Source of the DNA: Candidatus Margulisiibacteriota bacterium
GTDB taxonomy: Bacteria; Margulisbacteria; WOR-1; JAKLHX01; JBAZKV01
Assembly (NCBI GenBank): GCA_041650635.1
Contig: JBAZKV010000008.1
Location: 2,253 to 66,252 of the forward strand
Length of the DNA: 64,000 nucleotides
Reading direction: 5' to 3'
The notes beneath the pieces are model-generated. The model was not told the origin of the DNA. It did no database searches and worked only from the letters and a program-made list of their open reading frames with translations. The position numbers and the translations under genes were made by a program. Of this stretch, positions 10,850 to 20,619 are shown one piece after another (the first letter of the stretch is position 1; every line of letters starts with the position of its first letter).

Positions 10850-12844
10850 ATGCCGACAACGCCGCTTATAAGGACTATAGCAGGAATGCCGGAATTTTCG
10901 GGCAGGCTGGGAACAGAAGTTCTTAGAAGTATGGTGATCAGGGATAACAATTCAGGGTTCTATCACTCCAGAGGACAGGCCCCCTTGTCCGTAATGATAA
11001 ACGGTCCCCAGCTGGCACCTTTTCTTGGTGTGAGTCAGCCGCCGCTTTATTACACAATGACCGCTTCCGGACAGGTCCATACAGGCAATGTCAGCTGTAT
11101 CAGGCTGGCAACCGATCTTGCCAAAGACATGGGTTTTAAGAACCCTCTGGCCGAGGTCTGTCTTGACGGGGGAAAGTCAGTCTTATATCTTTCCAAAGGG
11201 GGTTATTTTGCGGTCACCTGCGTGTACGGGGATCCCGATCTATTTAAGAGAGGGGATGTTATCGCTAAAGGCGGGGTCAGGATAATGGCGGAAGCCGGTC
11301 TTGCCGAAACAGCCATCCTAAACATGATCGAGCCTACTGTCTCACAATACCTGCGAGCTTTTGTAGATCTTGGCACCTTGGGCTTCAGCCGCTCCGAAGG
11401 CCCCGATATGAAACCGGCCTGCCTGGACGAAGGAGCATTAATGGGGCTGATGGACCGCATAGGAAGGCAGGCAGAAGACGATCTTGGCGTGCAGTTGGTC
11501 CCTTTTACGACAAGCGGACCCGGAGAACTGGGGTTCTTTAACCACGACGAATGGAGAGGGACTTCTTACGGACATCTTGAATGTCTTTGCGCATTGTTGT
11601 CCAATGCCTCCGTACTTTCACATTTTGGCATAGACCGCTCAAACCCGATCACTATGAACATTCAGGGCTACGGAGAAGTCGGTTCCAATATCGTCAGGCT
11701 TCTAAGGGAAGTGGAAAGATATTCAAGGTACGGATTTGCGGTTTCCGGAATATCTGATGAATCGGGGGCTTTTTATAATCCCTCGGGGTTTTCTTTGGAT
11801 CTTCTTTACGAGCTTGCCCAAGAAAGAGAGCGCGGCTGGGGCATTAATGCAAGCACTCCTTTCACCTTGGCCGCCAGTTCCCACTATAGGACTATTGCCC
11901 CGCATCAAATAGAAAGGGACGCTCTGATCTTTATGCCGGCAGTCATTTCTATAGCAGCCGGACCGCCTTATGTTATAAGAGATACCAATGATGTTTCAAG
12001 ACTTCAAACCAGGATCTGGGCTCCTGTTGCTAACGCTCCTCTCGGGACAAAGACTTCGTCCGGAGAAGAGATCAGGCAGATAGAAACGGCGATGCAAGAC
12101 AAAAGGATCATTAACCTGCCTGCATGGATGCTCAATTTTGGAGGGATAGCACTTTCAAAAGAAGAGATACTCCACAGGCTTATGGCCGGAGGCATACATA
12201 ATATGACGGATCCCCTAACAAGAGCCTGGCTAAAGGAACATGTTAACGAAGGCGATGTTAGCGACACAGCCTGGACAAATATGGGGTGGGCTTTGCACGA
12301 ATGGGCAAAAGTCGGCTACGGATCCCCGATAAGCGATATTTTGGGAAACCGCATAGCCCATATTCAAGAAAGAAGAAGGCAGATACTCATGGGATGGGAC
12401 AGAAGCGATAGCCTGCCTGGAAATTTAATGAGGATGGACAGCGCCACCATGAGAGCAAAAATGGAAGTAATGGCAAATGACTTCTCAAGCGAAGAACTGG
12501 AGAACATGAGGCGTCTTTTGACCGACTGGGACGCTCCGGAAGAGGAAAGAAGGGTTGCCGCCGATGTTTTAGGAAAGCTCTGTTCAAAGGGCTGCCAAAA
12601 CGATTTCTTGGAAATAATTGAAAGGGGCTTAACAGCAGATCTTCAAACGCTCGCACAGAGCACTGTCATGTTCAGGAACGCAGCCACCGGCCTCGGGTAC
12701 ATCCTCGAAGGCAGGGCTGCCACGCACGGGGACATCTTGAACAGATTAAAGGAAGTTCTCATAGTGCTGAAGTCCCAAAACACCGAAGAGGCTTTCGGCA
12801 AGATCGTGGCGCTCGAATGGCTCTTGGACAAACTTGGTTCCTGA
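10850..12844 (+). CDS. Highly divergent Glu/Leu/Phe/Val dehydrogenase-like protein with HEAT-like C-terminal extension
   Basis: LAKDMGFKN..DGGKSV, GPDM, IQGYGEVG, ISDESGAFYNPSG, ANAP and LNFGG occur in ELFV-dehydrogenase order; AAAGGAG RBS. Confidence 0.65.
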   Translation: MPTTPLIRTIAGMPEFSGRLGTEVLRSMVIRDNNSGFYHSRGQAPLSVMINGPQLAPFLGVSQPPLYYTMTASGQVHTGNVSCIRLATDLAKDMGFKNPLAEVCLDGGKSVLYLSKGGYFAVTCVYGDPDLFKRGDVIAKGGVRIMAEAGLAETAILNMIEPTVSQYLRAFVDLGTLGFSRSEGPDMKPACLDEGALMGLMDRIGRQAEDDLGVQLVPFTTSGPGELGFFNHDEWRGTSYGHLECLCALLSNASVLSHFGIDRSNPITMNIQGYGEVGSNIVRLLREVERYSRYGFAVSGISDESGAFYNPSGFSLDLLYELAQERERGWGINASTPFTLAASSHYRTIAPHQIERDALIFMPAVISIAAGPPYVIRDTNDVSRLQTRIWAPVANAPLGTKTSSGEEIRQIETAMQDKRIINLPAWMLNFGGIALSKEEILHRLMAGGIHNMTDPLTRAWLKEHVNEGDVSDTAWTNMGWALHEWAKVGYGSPISDILGNRIAHIQERRRQILMGWDRSDSLPGNLMRMDSATMRAKMEVMANDFSSEELENMRRLLTDWDAPEEERRVAADVLGKLCSKGCQNDFLEIIERGLTADLQTLAQSTVMFRNAATGLGYILEGRAATHGDILNRLKEVLIVLKSQNTEEAFGKIVALEWLLDKLGS

Positions 12845-12893
12845 CCGATACCTGTAAGGGCAGGACATCGTTCATTTGTTATAATGATGACAG

Positions 12894-14492
12894 ATGCATG
12901 ACCTTATTCGCGATAAAATCCTGCCGGCCGTATCAAAGCCCGCGCGCTATATCGGAAACGAGCTGAATTCCATTCACAAAGGCCACAAAGGCATGGTAAA
13001 GGTGGCGCTGTGCTATCCGGACACCTATGAGATAGGCATGTCCAACCTGGGGCTGTCCATTCTTTATCACCTGATCATCAAAAGAGAGGATGCCATTTGC
13101 GAAAGAGTTTTTTCCCCATGGCCCGACATGGAAGCGGCCATGAAAGAGCACGGAGTACCGCTTTTTTCGCTTGAATCCTGGAAACCGATAAAGGATTTTG
13201 ATATCCTCGGGTTTTCTCTGCAGCATGAGCTTACTTACACGAACATGCTCAACATCCTTAAATTGTCGGACATCCCGCTTAAGCGGAAAGAAAGGACCGG
13301 AGGCCATCCCCTGATAATTGCCGGAGGGGCCTGCACCAATAATCCGGAGCCGTTATCCGATTTTATCGATGCCTTTGTTCTAGGCGACGGCGAAGAGGTG
13401 ATACGGGAGATAATAGATGCATATAAATCCTGTAGGGATCGGCCACAACCGACCCCTACGCACACGCCTTTATTGGATAATTTGTCCAAAATCGACGGGG
13501 TATATGTACCCGATCATAATGAATTGAAAAATGTCAAACGCCGGACGGTTAAGGACCTGAACTCTATCGATTATCCCGCCAAACCGATAGTCCCTTTCAT
13601 AGAGGTAGTCCACGACAGGGCCACCATAGAGATAATGCGGGGCTGTCCCAGAAGATGCAGTTTTTGCCAGGCCGGAACAGTAAATAAGCCCGTCCGGCTG
13701 GTTGACCCGGAAAAGGTAGTTGCTCTTGCTAAAGAAACAATAAAGAACACCGGGTTTGAAGAGGTCTCTCTTGTTTCGCTCTCCAGCTGCGATTATCCCA
13801 GGATCTGGGAGGTCGCAAACGAGCTGGGAAAGGCCTTTGGGCCAAAAAGGATCTCTGTCTCTCTGCCCTCGATGAGGCCCGACAGCTTTAGGGCTGATAT
13901 AGCAAAAGAACTGCAGAATGTCAGAAAGTCAGGAATTACTCTGGCTCCCGAGGCAGGAACACAGAGGCTGCGCGATCATATACACAAGGACCTGACGGAA
14001 GAAAACATCCTGTCCTCCATAGGTAACGCTTTTGCATCCGGCGCCAACAGCGTAAAACTCTATTTTATGATAGGGCTCCCGACAGAAACAGAAGAAGACC
14101 TGGCAGGAATTGTTGCTTTATCCAACAGAATAATCAAAGAAGGCAAGACCGTTAATCCCCGGGCAAAGATAACCGTTAATGTTTCGACATTCATACCAAA
14201 GAAAAACACTCCTTTTGAGAATGAAAAGATGATCTCACTGGATAAGATACAGAAAAAACAGAACTATCTTAAACAGAACCTTAGGCATAAAAGCATAGAA
14301 CTGCGCTGGCATAAAGCGGAGATGTCCGTCATAGAAGGCTTGTTTTCATCCCTCGAAGCCGGACGAGGGCTTCCTATGGCCAAAATATTGCTTGATGCTT
14401 TTGAAGCCGGCTGCAGATTTGACAACTGGACCGAACATTTTGACTATTGCAAATGGGAGGTGGCAATTGCAGCGCATAAGGATCAAATATAA
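12894..14492 (+). CDS. B12-binding radical SAM protein (TIGR03960-like)
   Basis: KPARYIGNELN, YPDTYEIGMSNLG, EIMRGCPRRCSFCQAG, TLAPEAGTQRLR. Confidence 0.9.
   Translation: MHDLIRDKILPAVSKPARYIGNELNSIHKGHKGMVKVALCYPDTYEIGMSNLGLSILYHLIIKREDAICERVFSPWPDMEAAMKEHGVPLFSLESWKPIKDFDILGFSLQHELTYTNMLNILKLSDIPLKRKERTGGHPLIIAGGACTNNPEPLSDFIDAFVLGDGEEVIREIIDAYKSCRDRPQPTPTHTPLLDNLSKIDGVYVPDHNELKNVKRRTVKDLNSIDYPAKPIVPFIEVVHDRATIEIMRGCPRRCSFCQAGTVNKPVRLVDPEKVVALAKETIKNTGFEEVSLVSLSSCDYPRIWEVANELGKAFGPKRISVSLPSMRPDSFRADIAKELQNVRKSGITLAPEAGTQRLRDHIHKDLTEENILSSIGNAFASGANSVKLYFMIGLPTETEEDLAGIVALSNRIIKEGKTVNPRAKITVNVSTFIPKKNTPFENEKMISLDKIQKKQNYLKQNLRHKSIELRWHKAEMSVIEGLFSSLEAGRGLPMAKILLDAFEAGCRFDNWTEHFDYCKWEVAIAAHKDQI
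13432..13459. repeat. 28-nt GTAG-type REP-like palindrome inside the radical SAM gene
   Basis: GTAGGGATCGG-CCACAA-CCGACCCCTAC, encoding CRDRPQPTPT. Confidence 0.75.
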
Positions 14493-15057
14493 AAAAGGCG
14501 GCGGGCTCGTGTTTATCGGCCACCTTGACATGATCCGGCTGTGGGAGCGCGCGGTAAGGAGAGGCGAGCTGCCGGTCGCATATTCTCAGGGTTATAATCC
14601 GAGGCAAAAATTGGCGTTCGGCCCTCCCCTGCCCCTTGGCATGGCCTCAGACTGCGAATACCTGGACATCTTTCTGGAAAAATGGGCCTCGGCTGAAAAA
14701 GTGAAAGCGGACCTGGAGCTTACGCTTATGCCAGGCATAGAGATACTGGGAGTTACTTCCGTGTTTTCCGGCATGCCTTCTATCTCTTCCTCAATAAAGA
14801 CCGCTGTTTACGAAATAAAGACCGTAAAGGACCCGTCAAAGAAAGCGCAGGAAATACTGTCAACCAATTCAATTATTGTTGTCAGGAAAGAAAATCAGAT
14901 GGATATACGGCCCATGATAAAAAAGATAGGGTTTTCCGGAAATACAGTCAACATTGAGGTCAGATGCGACAACAGCGGCTCTATCAAAGGCAGCGAACTT
15001 AAAGGCCTTTTCAAAGAAACCGGCATCGCTTCAATTAAGAGGACAAACCTTTTCTGA
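14467..15057 (+). CDS. Radical SAM-linked protein (TIGR03936/DUF2344-like)
   Basis: FIGHLDMIRLWERAVRR, YSQGYNP, FGPPLPLG. TTG start at 14467 with GGGAGG RBS is preferred to 14392. Confidence 0.88.
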   Translation: MQRIRIKYKKGGGLVFIGHLDMIRLWERAVRRGELPVAYSQGYNPRQKLAFGPPLPLGMASDCEYLDIFLEKWASAEKVKADLELTLMPGIEILGVTSVFSGMPSISSSIKTAVYEIKTVKDPSKKAQEILSTNSIIVVRKENQMDIRPMIKKIGFSGNTVNIEVRCDNSGSIKGSELKGLFKETGIASIKRTNLF

Positions 15058-16233
15058 TCACAGATATTTCTTGGCCACGGCAAAGAGTTTTTTGTTCAAA
15101 ACAAAATTGTCTGTAGAAAGGAGCGTGAAAAGGTCTTTCTTTCTGCTTCCATAGATGCCGTAAAAGTTGTCCATTCCTGTCTTTGTTGCCGCATTGCCTA
15201 TGATGCCGCTGGCATCGGACAACTGAAAAACCCCGTCCGGCAAAGGGACCCCTTTTACCGATTTATAGGTCCAGTAGGTCCAGTGTATCCCGTATTTTTT
15301 GAACAGGGACAGCACATCGTCCACCCATCTGTACTCTGCTCCGCAGAGGTCGCACCTGGAAGCCACTCCGAACTCCCCGCAAAAAAGCGGCTTCTTCAAT
15401 TTATTTGCAAATCTGACGCTGTCTTTTATCAGCTTTTCCATCTCTTTTTTGTTCCATAGCTTTCCCAGCACCCTGCCGGGATATTTTAGTCCTGGGAGCC
15501 AGTTAAAAGTGTATTCTACGGGACGGTAATAATGTATGCTGACCGCCAAATTATCATCTTTAAGGCTTTCAATATAGTCAGTGTCCATACCCCAATTGTT
15601 GCCCTCAACAAAGATGATATGCCTGTCCCCCTGTCCTCTTACCGCCGAGATCACCTTCTGGAAGGTCTTTGTAAGCAAAGGGATGTTGTCCGTCACCGGC
15701 TCGTTCATAACATCATAGCCGGCTATCATCTTTTCGCTCTTAAAGGCGGATGAAAGCTTTTTCCAGAGCTTTATGTACTGGTTTCTATACCCCGGCCTCT
15801 GCCAGAAAAGAGCCCTGCCGTCGCTGTCGGAGTGCCAGTCTATGTTCTGGGAACCCGGGACCGCATGCATGTCCAGGATCACATAGAGCCCCTGCTGCGC
15901 AAAAAGCCTGACCGTTTTTTTTAGATATGAGAGTCCGTTCTTTTCCTCAAGTAGCCTGTGATTGAAAGGCAGCCGAACGCAGTTGAACCCCAGATTCTTT
16001 ATCCTTTTGACATCCTCCTTAGAAAAATAGGAATCCCTGAAAAGCTTTGTAAACTCAAGGGGGGCATTCTTTCCATGGAGCCTTGCCAGTTCCTTTTTGA
16101 ACAAATGTTCGGGTATATTGCGGCCGCCAAGCATATACCCTTCCATCATCAGCCAGCCGCCGATATTGATGCCTTTGAGCGTTATTCTTTTGCCATGCTC
16201 ATCAACGATATGTGTGCCGGAGGTTTTAAGCAT
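15058..16233 (-). CDS. Glycoside hydrolase family 5 protein
   Basis: GINIGGWLMMEG, VRLPF, LDMHAVPGSQN, NEP and GEFG catalytic glutamates. Confidence 0.88.
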   Translation of the reverse strand: MLKTSGTHIVDEHGKRITLKGINIGGWLMMEGYMLGGRNIPEHLFKKELARLHGKNAPLEFTKLFRDSYFSKEDVKRIKNLGFNCVRLPFNHRLLEEKNGLSYLKKTVRLFAQQGLYVILDMHAVPGSQNIDWHSDSDGRALFWQRPGYRNQYIKLWKKLSSAFKSEKMIAGYDVMNEPVTDNIPLLTKTFQKVISAVRGQGDRHIIFVEGNNWGMDTDYIESLKDDNLAVSIHYYRPVEYTFNWLPGLKYPGRVLGKLWNKKEMEKLIKDSVRFANKLKKPLFCGEFGVASRCDLCGAEYRWVDDVLSLFKKYGIHWTYWTYKSVKGVPLPDGVFQLSDASGIIGNAATKTGMDNFYGIYGSRKKDLFTLLSTDNFVLNKKLFAVAKKYL

Positions 16234-17926
16234 GAGTAATACTTGAGATTAATTGCTCGATAGACTGAGGGCCCAGATCGCCTTTTTCCCTTGACCGCAC
16301 CGCTACTTGCTTTGCTTCAACTTCTTTGTCCCCGATAACCAGCATATAGGGCACCTTTTGCAGCTGGGCTTCGCGTATCTTAAAGCCGACTTTTTCGTTG
16401 CGGCTGTCCACTTCCACCCTGAGCCCTGTCTCCTCCAGTTTTCCTGCGATCTCTTTTGCATAAGCTGCGTGCCTGTCGGCAATAGGCAGCACTATGACCT
16501 GCACCGGAGCAAGCCACAGGGGGAAAGCCCCGGCATAATGCTCCGTCAGAACACCGATGAACCTTTCCATGCTGCCGAGGACCACCCTGTGTATCATTAC
16601 CGGCCTGTGCTTTTGGCCGTCCTCGCCGGCATAAGTAAGGTCAAACCTCTCCGGCAGGTTAAAGTCGGCCTGGATGGTAGGCCCCTGCCACAGCCGCCCG
16701 ATCGCATCCTTTATTTTTACATCTATTTTTGGCCCGTAGAACACTCCTGCCCCGGGATCTATCTTGTACTCTATCCCCTTTGCTTTGAGCGCGGCCTCCA
16801 GGGCTTCGGTTGCGTTCTTCCAGTTTTCCTGGCTCCCTACCGCTTTGTCCGGACGGGTAGAAAGATATACTTCATAATTTTCAAAGCCGAATTTTTTTAG
16901 CATGTCAAAGGCAAAATCGATGGTCTTTTTTATCTCTTCGTTCAATTGGTCAGGCCTGCAAAAAATATGCGCGTCATCCTGGGTAAAACCTCTAACCCGC
17001 AAAAGCCCGTGCAGTACCCCCGAGCGCTCGTGCCTGTAAACCGTCCCAAGTTCAAAATACCTGATCGGAAGGTCCTTATAACTGTTGATCTTTCTTTTAT
17101 AAATGAGCAGATGGTAAGGGCAGTTCATCGGCTTAAGCACATAATCCTGCTCGTCCACACTTAAAAAATACATGTTCTCTTTATAATATCCGGTGTGTCC
17201 CGAAGTTTTCCAGAGATTTTCCCTTGCGATGTGGGGAGTAATGACATGGCTGTAGCCCCTTTTTGCGTGCTCTTTTTTGAGATAGTCCTCGATCAACTGC
17301 CGCAAAATTGCTCCTTTGGGATGATAGAACACAAGCCCTGCACCGGCTTCTTCATGATAGATGTTAAACAGGTCGAGATCTTTCCCGAGTTTTCTATGAT
17401 CCCTTTTTGCCGCCTCCTCAAGCCTCTTCAGGTATTCATCAAGCTCTTTTTGCGTTTCAAAAGCTGTGCCGTAGATCCTCTGGAGCATTGCGTTCTTTTC
17501 GTCCCCTCTCCAGTAGGCTCCCGCTGTCTTTAGCAGCTTAAACGCCTTGATCTTGCCGGTAGAAGCGATATGCGGCCCGCGGCACATATCAATGAACTCC
17601 CCGCTCTTATAAAAGGAGATCTTTTCATCGGGGATGCCGCTGATCAACTCGATCTTGTAGGTCTGGCCCTGCTTCTGCATCATTTGCAAAGCTTCTGCCC
17701 TGGGATATTCCACGCGCTCAAATTTTTCGTTCTTCTTTATGATCTCGCGCATCTTTTCTTCTATCACAGGCAGGTCTTCTTCCTTTAGGGCGCGGGGGAG
17801 TTCAAGATCATAATAAAAGCCGTCCTCGATGGCAGGGCCTATGGCCAGCTTTGCCTGCGGGAAGAGCTCTTTAACGGCCGCCGCCATTACATGCGATGCC
17901 GAGTGTCTTAATACTGTTATATCCAT
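16226..17926 (-). CDS. thrS: Threonine--tRNA ligase lacking the N-terminal TGS domain
   Basis: RHSASHVMA, DMCRGPH, RDHRKLG, KPMNCP, RVRGFTQDDAH. Start MDITVL at 17926. Confidence 0.97.
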   Translation of the reverse strand: MDITVLRHSASHVMAAAVKELFPQAKLAIGPAIEDGFYYDLELPRALKEEDLPVIEEKMREIIKKNEKFERVEYPRAEALQMMQKQGQTYKIELISGIPDEKISFYKSGEFIDMCRGPHIASTGKIKAFKLLKTAGAYWRGDEKNAMLQRIYGTAFETQKELDEYLKRLEEAAKRDHRKLGKDLDLFNIYHEEAGAGLVFYHPKGAILRQLIEDYLKKEHAKRGYSHVITPHIARENLWKTSGHTGYYKENMYFLSVDEQDYVLKPMNCPYHLLIYKRKINSYKDLPIRYFELGTVYRHERSGVLHGLLRVRGFTQDDAHIFCRPDQLNEEIKKTIDFAFDMLKKFGFENYEVYLSTRPDKAVGSQENWKNATEALEAALKAKGIEYKIDPGAGVFYGPKIDVKIKDAIGRLWQGPTIQADFNLPERFDLTYAGEDGQKHRPVMIHRVVLGSMERFIGVLTEHYAGAFPLWLAPVQVIVLPIADRHAAYAKEIAGKLEETGLRVEVDSRNEKVGFKIREAQLQKVPYMLVIGDKEVEAKQVAVRSREKGDLGPQSIEQLISSITHA

Positions 17927-17935
17927 TTTTCTACG

Positions 17936-17996
17936 CCCGAACATAAATGTTCGGCTCCGTTTTTCTTCAACATGGAGCCGACGCTTTAGCGTCGGG
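17936..17996. repeat. Inverted pair of 23-nt hairpin repeats (BIME-like) in the thrS leader
   Basis: CCCGAACATAAATGTTCGGCTCC (17936-17958) and GGAGCCGACGCTTTAGCGTCGGG (17974-17996). Same pair recurs at 22355-22444. Confidence 0.8.
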
Positions 17997-18005
17997 ATGT
18001 TCCCA

Positions 18006-19079
18006 TTATACTATTTTTTCTGCTTCCAGCCTTGCCCACTTTTCCGCTTCAAGTATCTGACCGAGTTTGGGACTCTTGATAAACCTGTGTTTTTTCATAA
18101 CGGAAGAAACTATCCCGGGAATGTCATAAAACCCTATCTTTGCATTTAAGAACAGCTCCACCGCGGTATCGTTGGCTGCAGACAGGACAGCAGGAAGGGT
18201 CCCTCCAGTTTTCCCCGCCTTGTATGCAAGTTTAAGGCACGGGAATCTGTCAGTGTCCGGCTTTTGAAATGTGAGCTCGCCCGTTTTTGCAAGATCAACG
18301 CTGCCGTACGATCTGGGCTGCCTGTTCGGGTATGTCAGAGCATATTGTATCGCCGTTCTCATATCCGGAACCCCTATCTGGGCAAGAACGGAGCCGTCCA
18401 CAAATTCGACCATTGAATGTATCACGCTTTGGGGATGAACAACAACCTCGATCTTTTCATAAGGTATGCCAAAAAGATGGTGAGCTTCTATTACTTCTAA
18501 TCCCTTATTCATGAGCGTGGCACAGTCTATAGTTATCTTTGGCCCCATTTTCCAGGTCGGGTGCTTCAGCGCCTGTTTTGCCGTTACTTTGGAAAGCTGC
18601 TTTTTAGAATATTTGCGGAAGGGACCTCCGGATGCGGTAAGTATGATCCTCTTTATTTTTTTATTTGGACATTGGGAATTGGACATTGGGAATTGGACAT
18701 TATTCTGGGCTTCTCCCTGAATACACTGAAACACCGCGCTATGCTCGCTATCCAGCGGCAATATCTGCGCCCCATATCTTTTTGCCTCCGCCATAACAAC
18801 ATCTCCCGCAGCAACCAGTATCTCTTTGCTGGCAAGGGCAATGGTCTTTCTCTTTTTTATGGCAGCAATAACGGCAGCAAGCCCGGCGGTCCCGACAATG
18901 GCCATTACAACAATATCGGTTTTGGGGTCGGAGGCTATTTTTACAAGGCCTTCTCCGTCATTGTGGCCTAGATAGGCAAGCCCTGACACGCGGAATAAAG
19001 AAGGAAAGGCAGACACCACATCAAGCGCCTGCCTCCCTATAGATCCCGTTGAACCAAGTACCGCGATCCCCTTTTTCAT
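18006..19079 (-). CDS. dxr: 1-deoxy-D-xylulose 5-phosphate reductoisomerase
   Basis: LGSTGSIG, LASKE, PLDSEHSA, LTASGGPF, HPTWKMGPKIT, NKGLEVIEAH. Confidence 0.95.
   Translation of the reverse strand: MKKGIAVLGSTGSIGRQALDVVSAFPSLFRVSGLAYLGHNDGEGLVKIASDPKTDIVVMAIVGTAGLAAVIAAIKKRKTIALASKEILVAAGDVVMAEAKRYGAQILPLDSEHSAVFQCIQGEAQNNVQFPMSNSQCPNKKIKRIILTASGGPFRKYSKKQLSKVTAKQALKHPTWKMGPKITIDCATLMNKGLEVIEAHHLFGIPYEKIEVVVHPQSVIHSMVEFVDGSVLAQIGVPDMRTAIQYALTYPNRQPRSYGSVDLAKTGELTFQKPDTDRFPCLKLAYKAGKTGGTLPAVLSAANDTAVELFLNAKIGFYDIPGIVSSVMKKHRFIKSPKLGQILEAEKWARLEAEKIV
18665..18699. repeat. Heptamer tandem tract inside dxr
   Basis: TTGGACA/TTGGGAA alternating, 5 units; encodes VQFPMSNSQCP. Confidence 0.88.
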
Positions 19080-19115
19080 CTATCGGTCTTCTTTTCTCCT
19101 TCAGCTCTTAAGCGC

Positions 19116-20114
19116 TTAAGCCTTTTTCTTCAGCCAGCTCATCATCTGGCGCAGTTCTTTGCCTACTTTTTCTATAAGGTGCTCGGCGCCCCTTTTTCTC
19201 TGGGCCAAAAACACCGGCCTTCCGGCCTGGTTCTCAAGTATCCATTCTTTGGCAAAGGTCCCGTTCTGGATCCTTCCGAGGATGAATTTCATTCTTTCGC
19301 GGGTGCCTTCGTCAATTATGTGCGGCCCCACGGTAAGGTCGCCGTACTCTGCTGTATTGCTGATGGCGGCCCTCATTCCTGAGATGCCTTTTTCGTACAT
19401 AAGGTCAACGATCAGTTTGAGTTCGTGCATGCATTCAAAGTAAGCTATCTCCGGCTGATATCCGGCGTTCACCAGAGTTTCGAACCCCGCCATTACAAGG
19501 GCCGTGCAACCTCCGCAAAGGACCGCCTGCTCTCCAAACAGGTCTGTCTCTGTTTCTTCTTTGAAGGTGGTCTCAAGCACTCCGGCTTTTGTGGCGCCAA
19601 TGCCCTTGGCCATTGCAAGAGCGGTCTTTCTGGCTTTGCCCGAAGCGTCCTGATACACGGCGATCAGCGCCGGGACTCCTCCGCCTTCGGTATAGACCTT
19701 TCTTACCAGAGGCCCGGGCCCCTTTGGAGCGATCATTATGACATCAACATCAGCAGGCGGTATTATTTGATGATAATGGATGTTGAAGCCGTGGGAAAAC
19801 ACGAGCGTTTTGCCTTTTGAAAGGTTTTTTTCTATCGATTCCTTATATACCCTGGCTTGAAGTTCGTCCGGAACAAGTATCTGGATTATGTCCGCTTTTT
19901 TTGCGGCTTCATCGGCGGACATTACCTCCATGCCGTCGGCCTTTGCTTTTTTATACTGGGCGGTGCCTTCCAGCTCTGCCACTATCACACTAACCCCGCT
20001 GTCCTTGTGGTTCATTCCCTGAGCGCTTCCCTGGCTGCCGTAGCCGATTATCGCTATCGTTTTTCCTTTCAGCAGCTTAAGGTCCGCGTCTTTATCGTAG
20101 TACATCTTTGCCAT
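19116..20114 (-). CDS. ilvC: Ketol-acid reductoisomerase
   Basis: [39 protein letters not shown]. Confidence 0.97.
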   Translation of the reverse strand: MAKMYYDKDADLKLLKGKTIAIIGYGSQGSAQGMNHKDSGVSVIVAELEGTAQYKKAKADGMEVMSADEAAKKADIIQILVPDELQARVYKESIEKNLSKGKTLVFSHGFNIHYHQIIPPADVDVIMIAPKGPGPLVRKVYTEGGGVPALIAVYQDASGKARKTALAMAKGIGATKAGVLETTFKEETETDLFGEQAVLCGGCTALVMAGFETLVNAGYQPEIAYFECMHELKLIVDLMYEKGISGMRAAISNTAEYGDLTVGPHIIDEGTRERMKFILGRIQNGTFAKEWILENQAGRPVFLAQRKRGAEHLIEKVGKELRQMMSWLKKKA

Positions 20115-20129
20115 CTGACTTCTCCTTTT

Positions 20130-20618
20130 TTATTTTATTTCTTCCGACCTTGAAAGCGAGATCTTCCCTGTCCTTACCATCTCCTTTACCCCGTATTTGG
20201 TCAGCATATTCTCCAGGGCATCGATCTTTTCGGAATCACCCGTGGCCTCGATAATAAGCGCATCCGCTCCAAGGTCCACTATCCTGGCCCTAAAAATATC
20301 CACTATTTTGGTTATCTCCGGCCTTGTTTTTTCGTTTGCCGCCACCTTTATCAGGACAAGCTCCCTGTCAACTGCCGGGACCCCTGAGAGTTCTATGACC
20401 TTTACAACATCGATCAGCTTATACAGCTGTTTTATTATCTGCTCAAGGACCACATCGTCGCCTTCGACAACTATCGTCATTCTCGAGACATTGGGCTCTT
20501 CGGTTGTCCCGACCGCAAGACTGTGTATGTTATAGCCTCTGCGGCTAAAAAGCCCGGAGACCCTGGAAAGGACACCTGCCCTGTTCTCTACGATGACCGC
20601 CAAAGTGTGTTTTTTCAT
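20130..20618 (-). CDS. ilvN: Acetolactate synthase small subunit
   Basis: VENRAGVLSRVSGLFSRRGYNI ACT domain, EMVRTG. Confidence 0.96.
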   Translation of the reverse strand: MKKHTLAVIVENRAGVLSRVSGLFSRRGYNIHSLAVGTTEEPNVSRMTIVVEGDDVVLEQIIKQLYKLIDVVKVIELSGVPAVDRELVLIKVAANEKTRPEITKIVDIFRARIVDLGADALIIEATGDSEKIDALENMLTKYGVKEMVRTGKISLSRSEEIK

Positions 20619-20619
20619 A

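Noticed and set aside
12846-12871. Hairpin CGAT-A-CCTG..CAGG-AC-ATCG after the dehydrogenase-like gene
   Set aside because: Short, bulged and without a U-tract; cannot be supported as a terminator or repeat.
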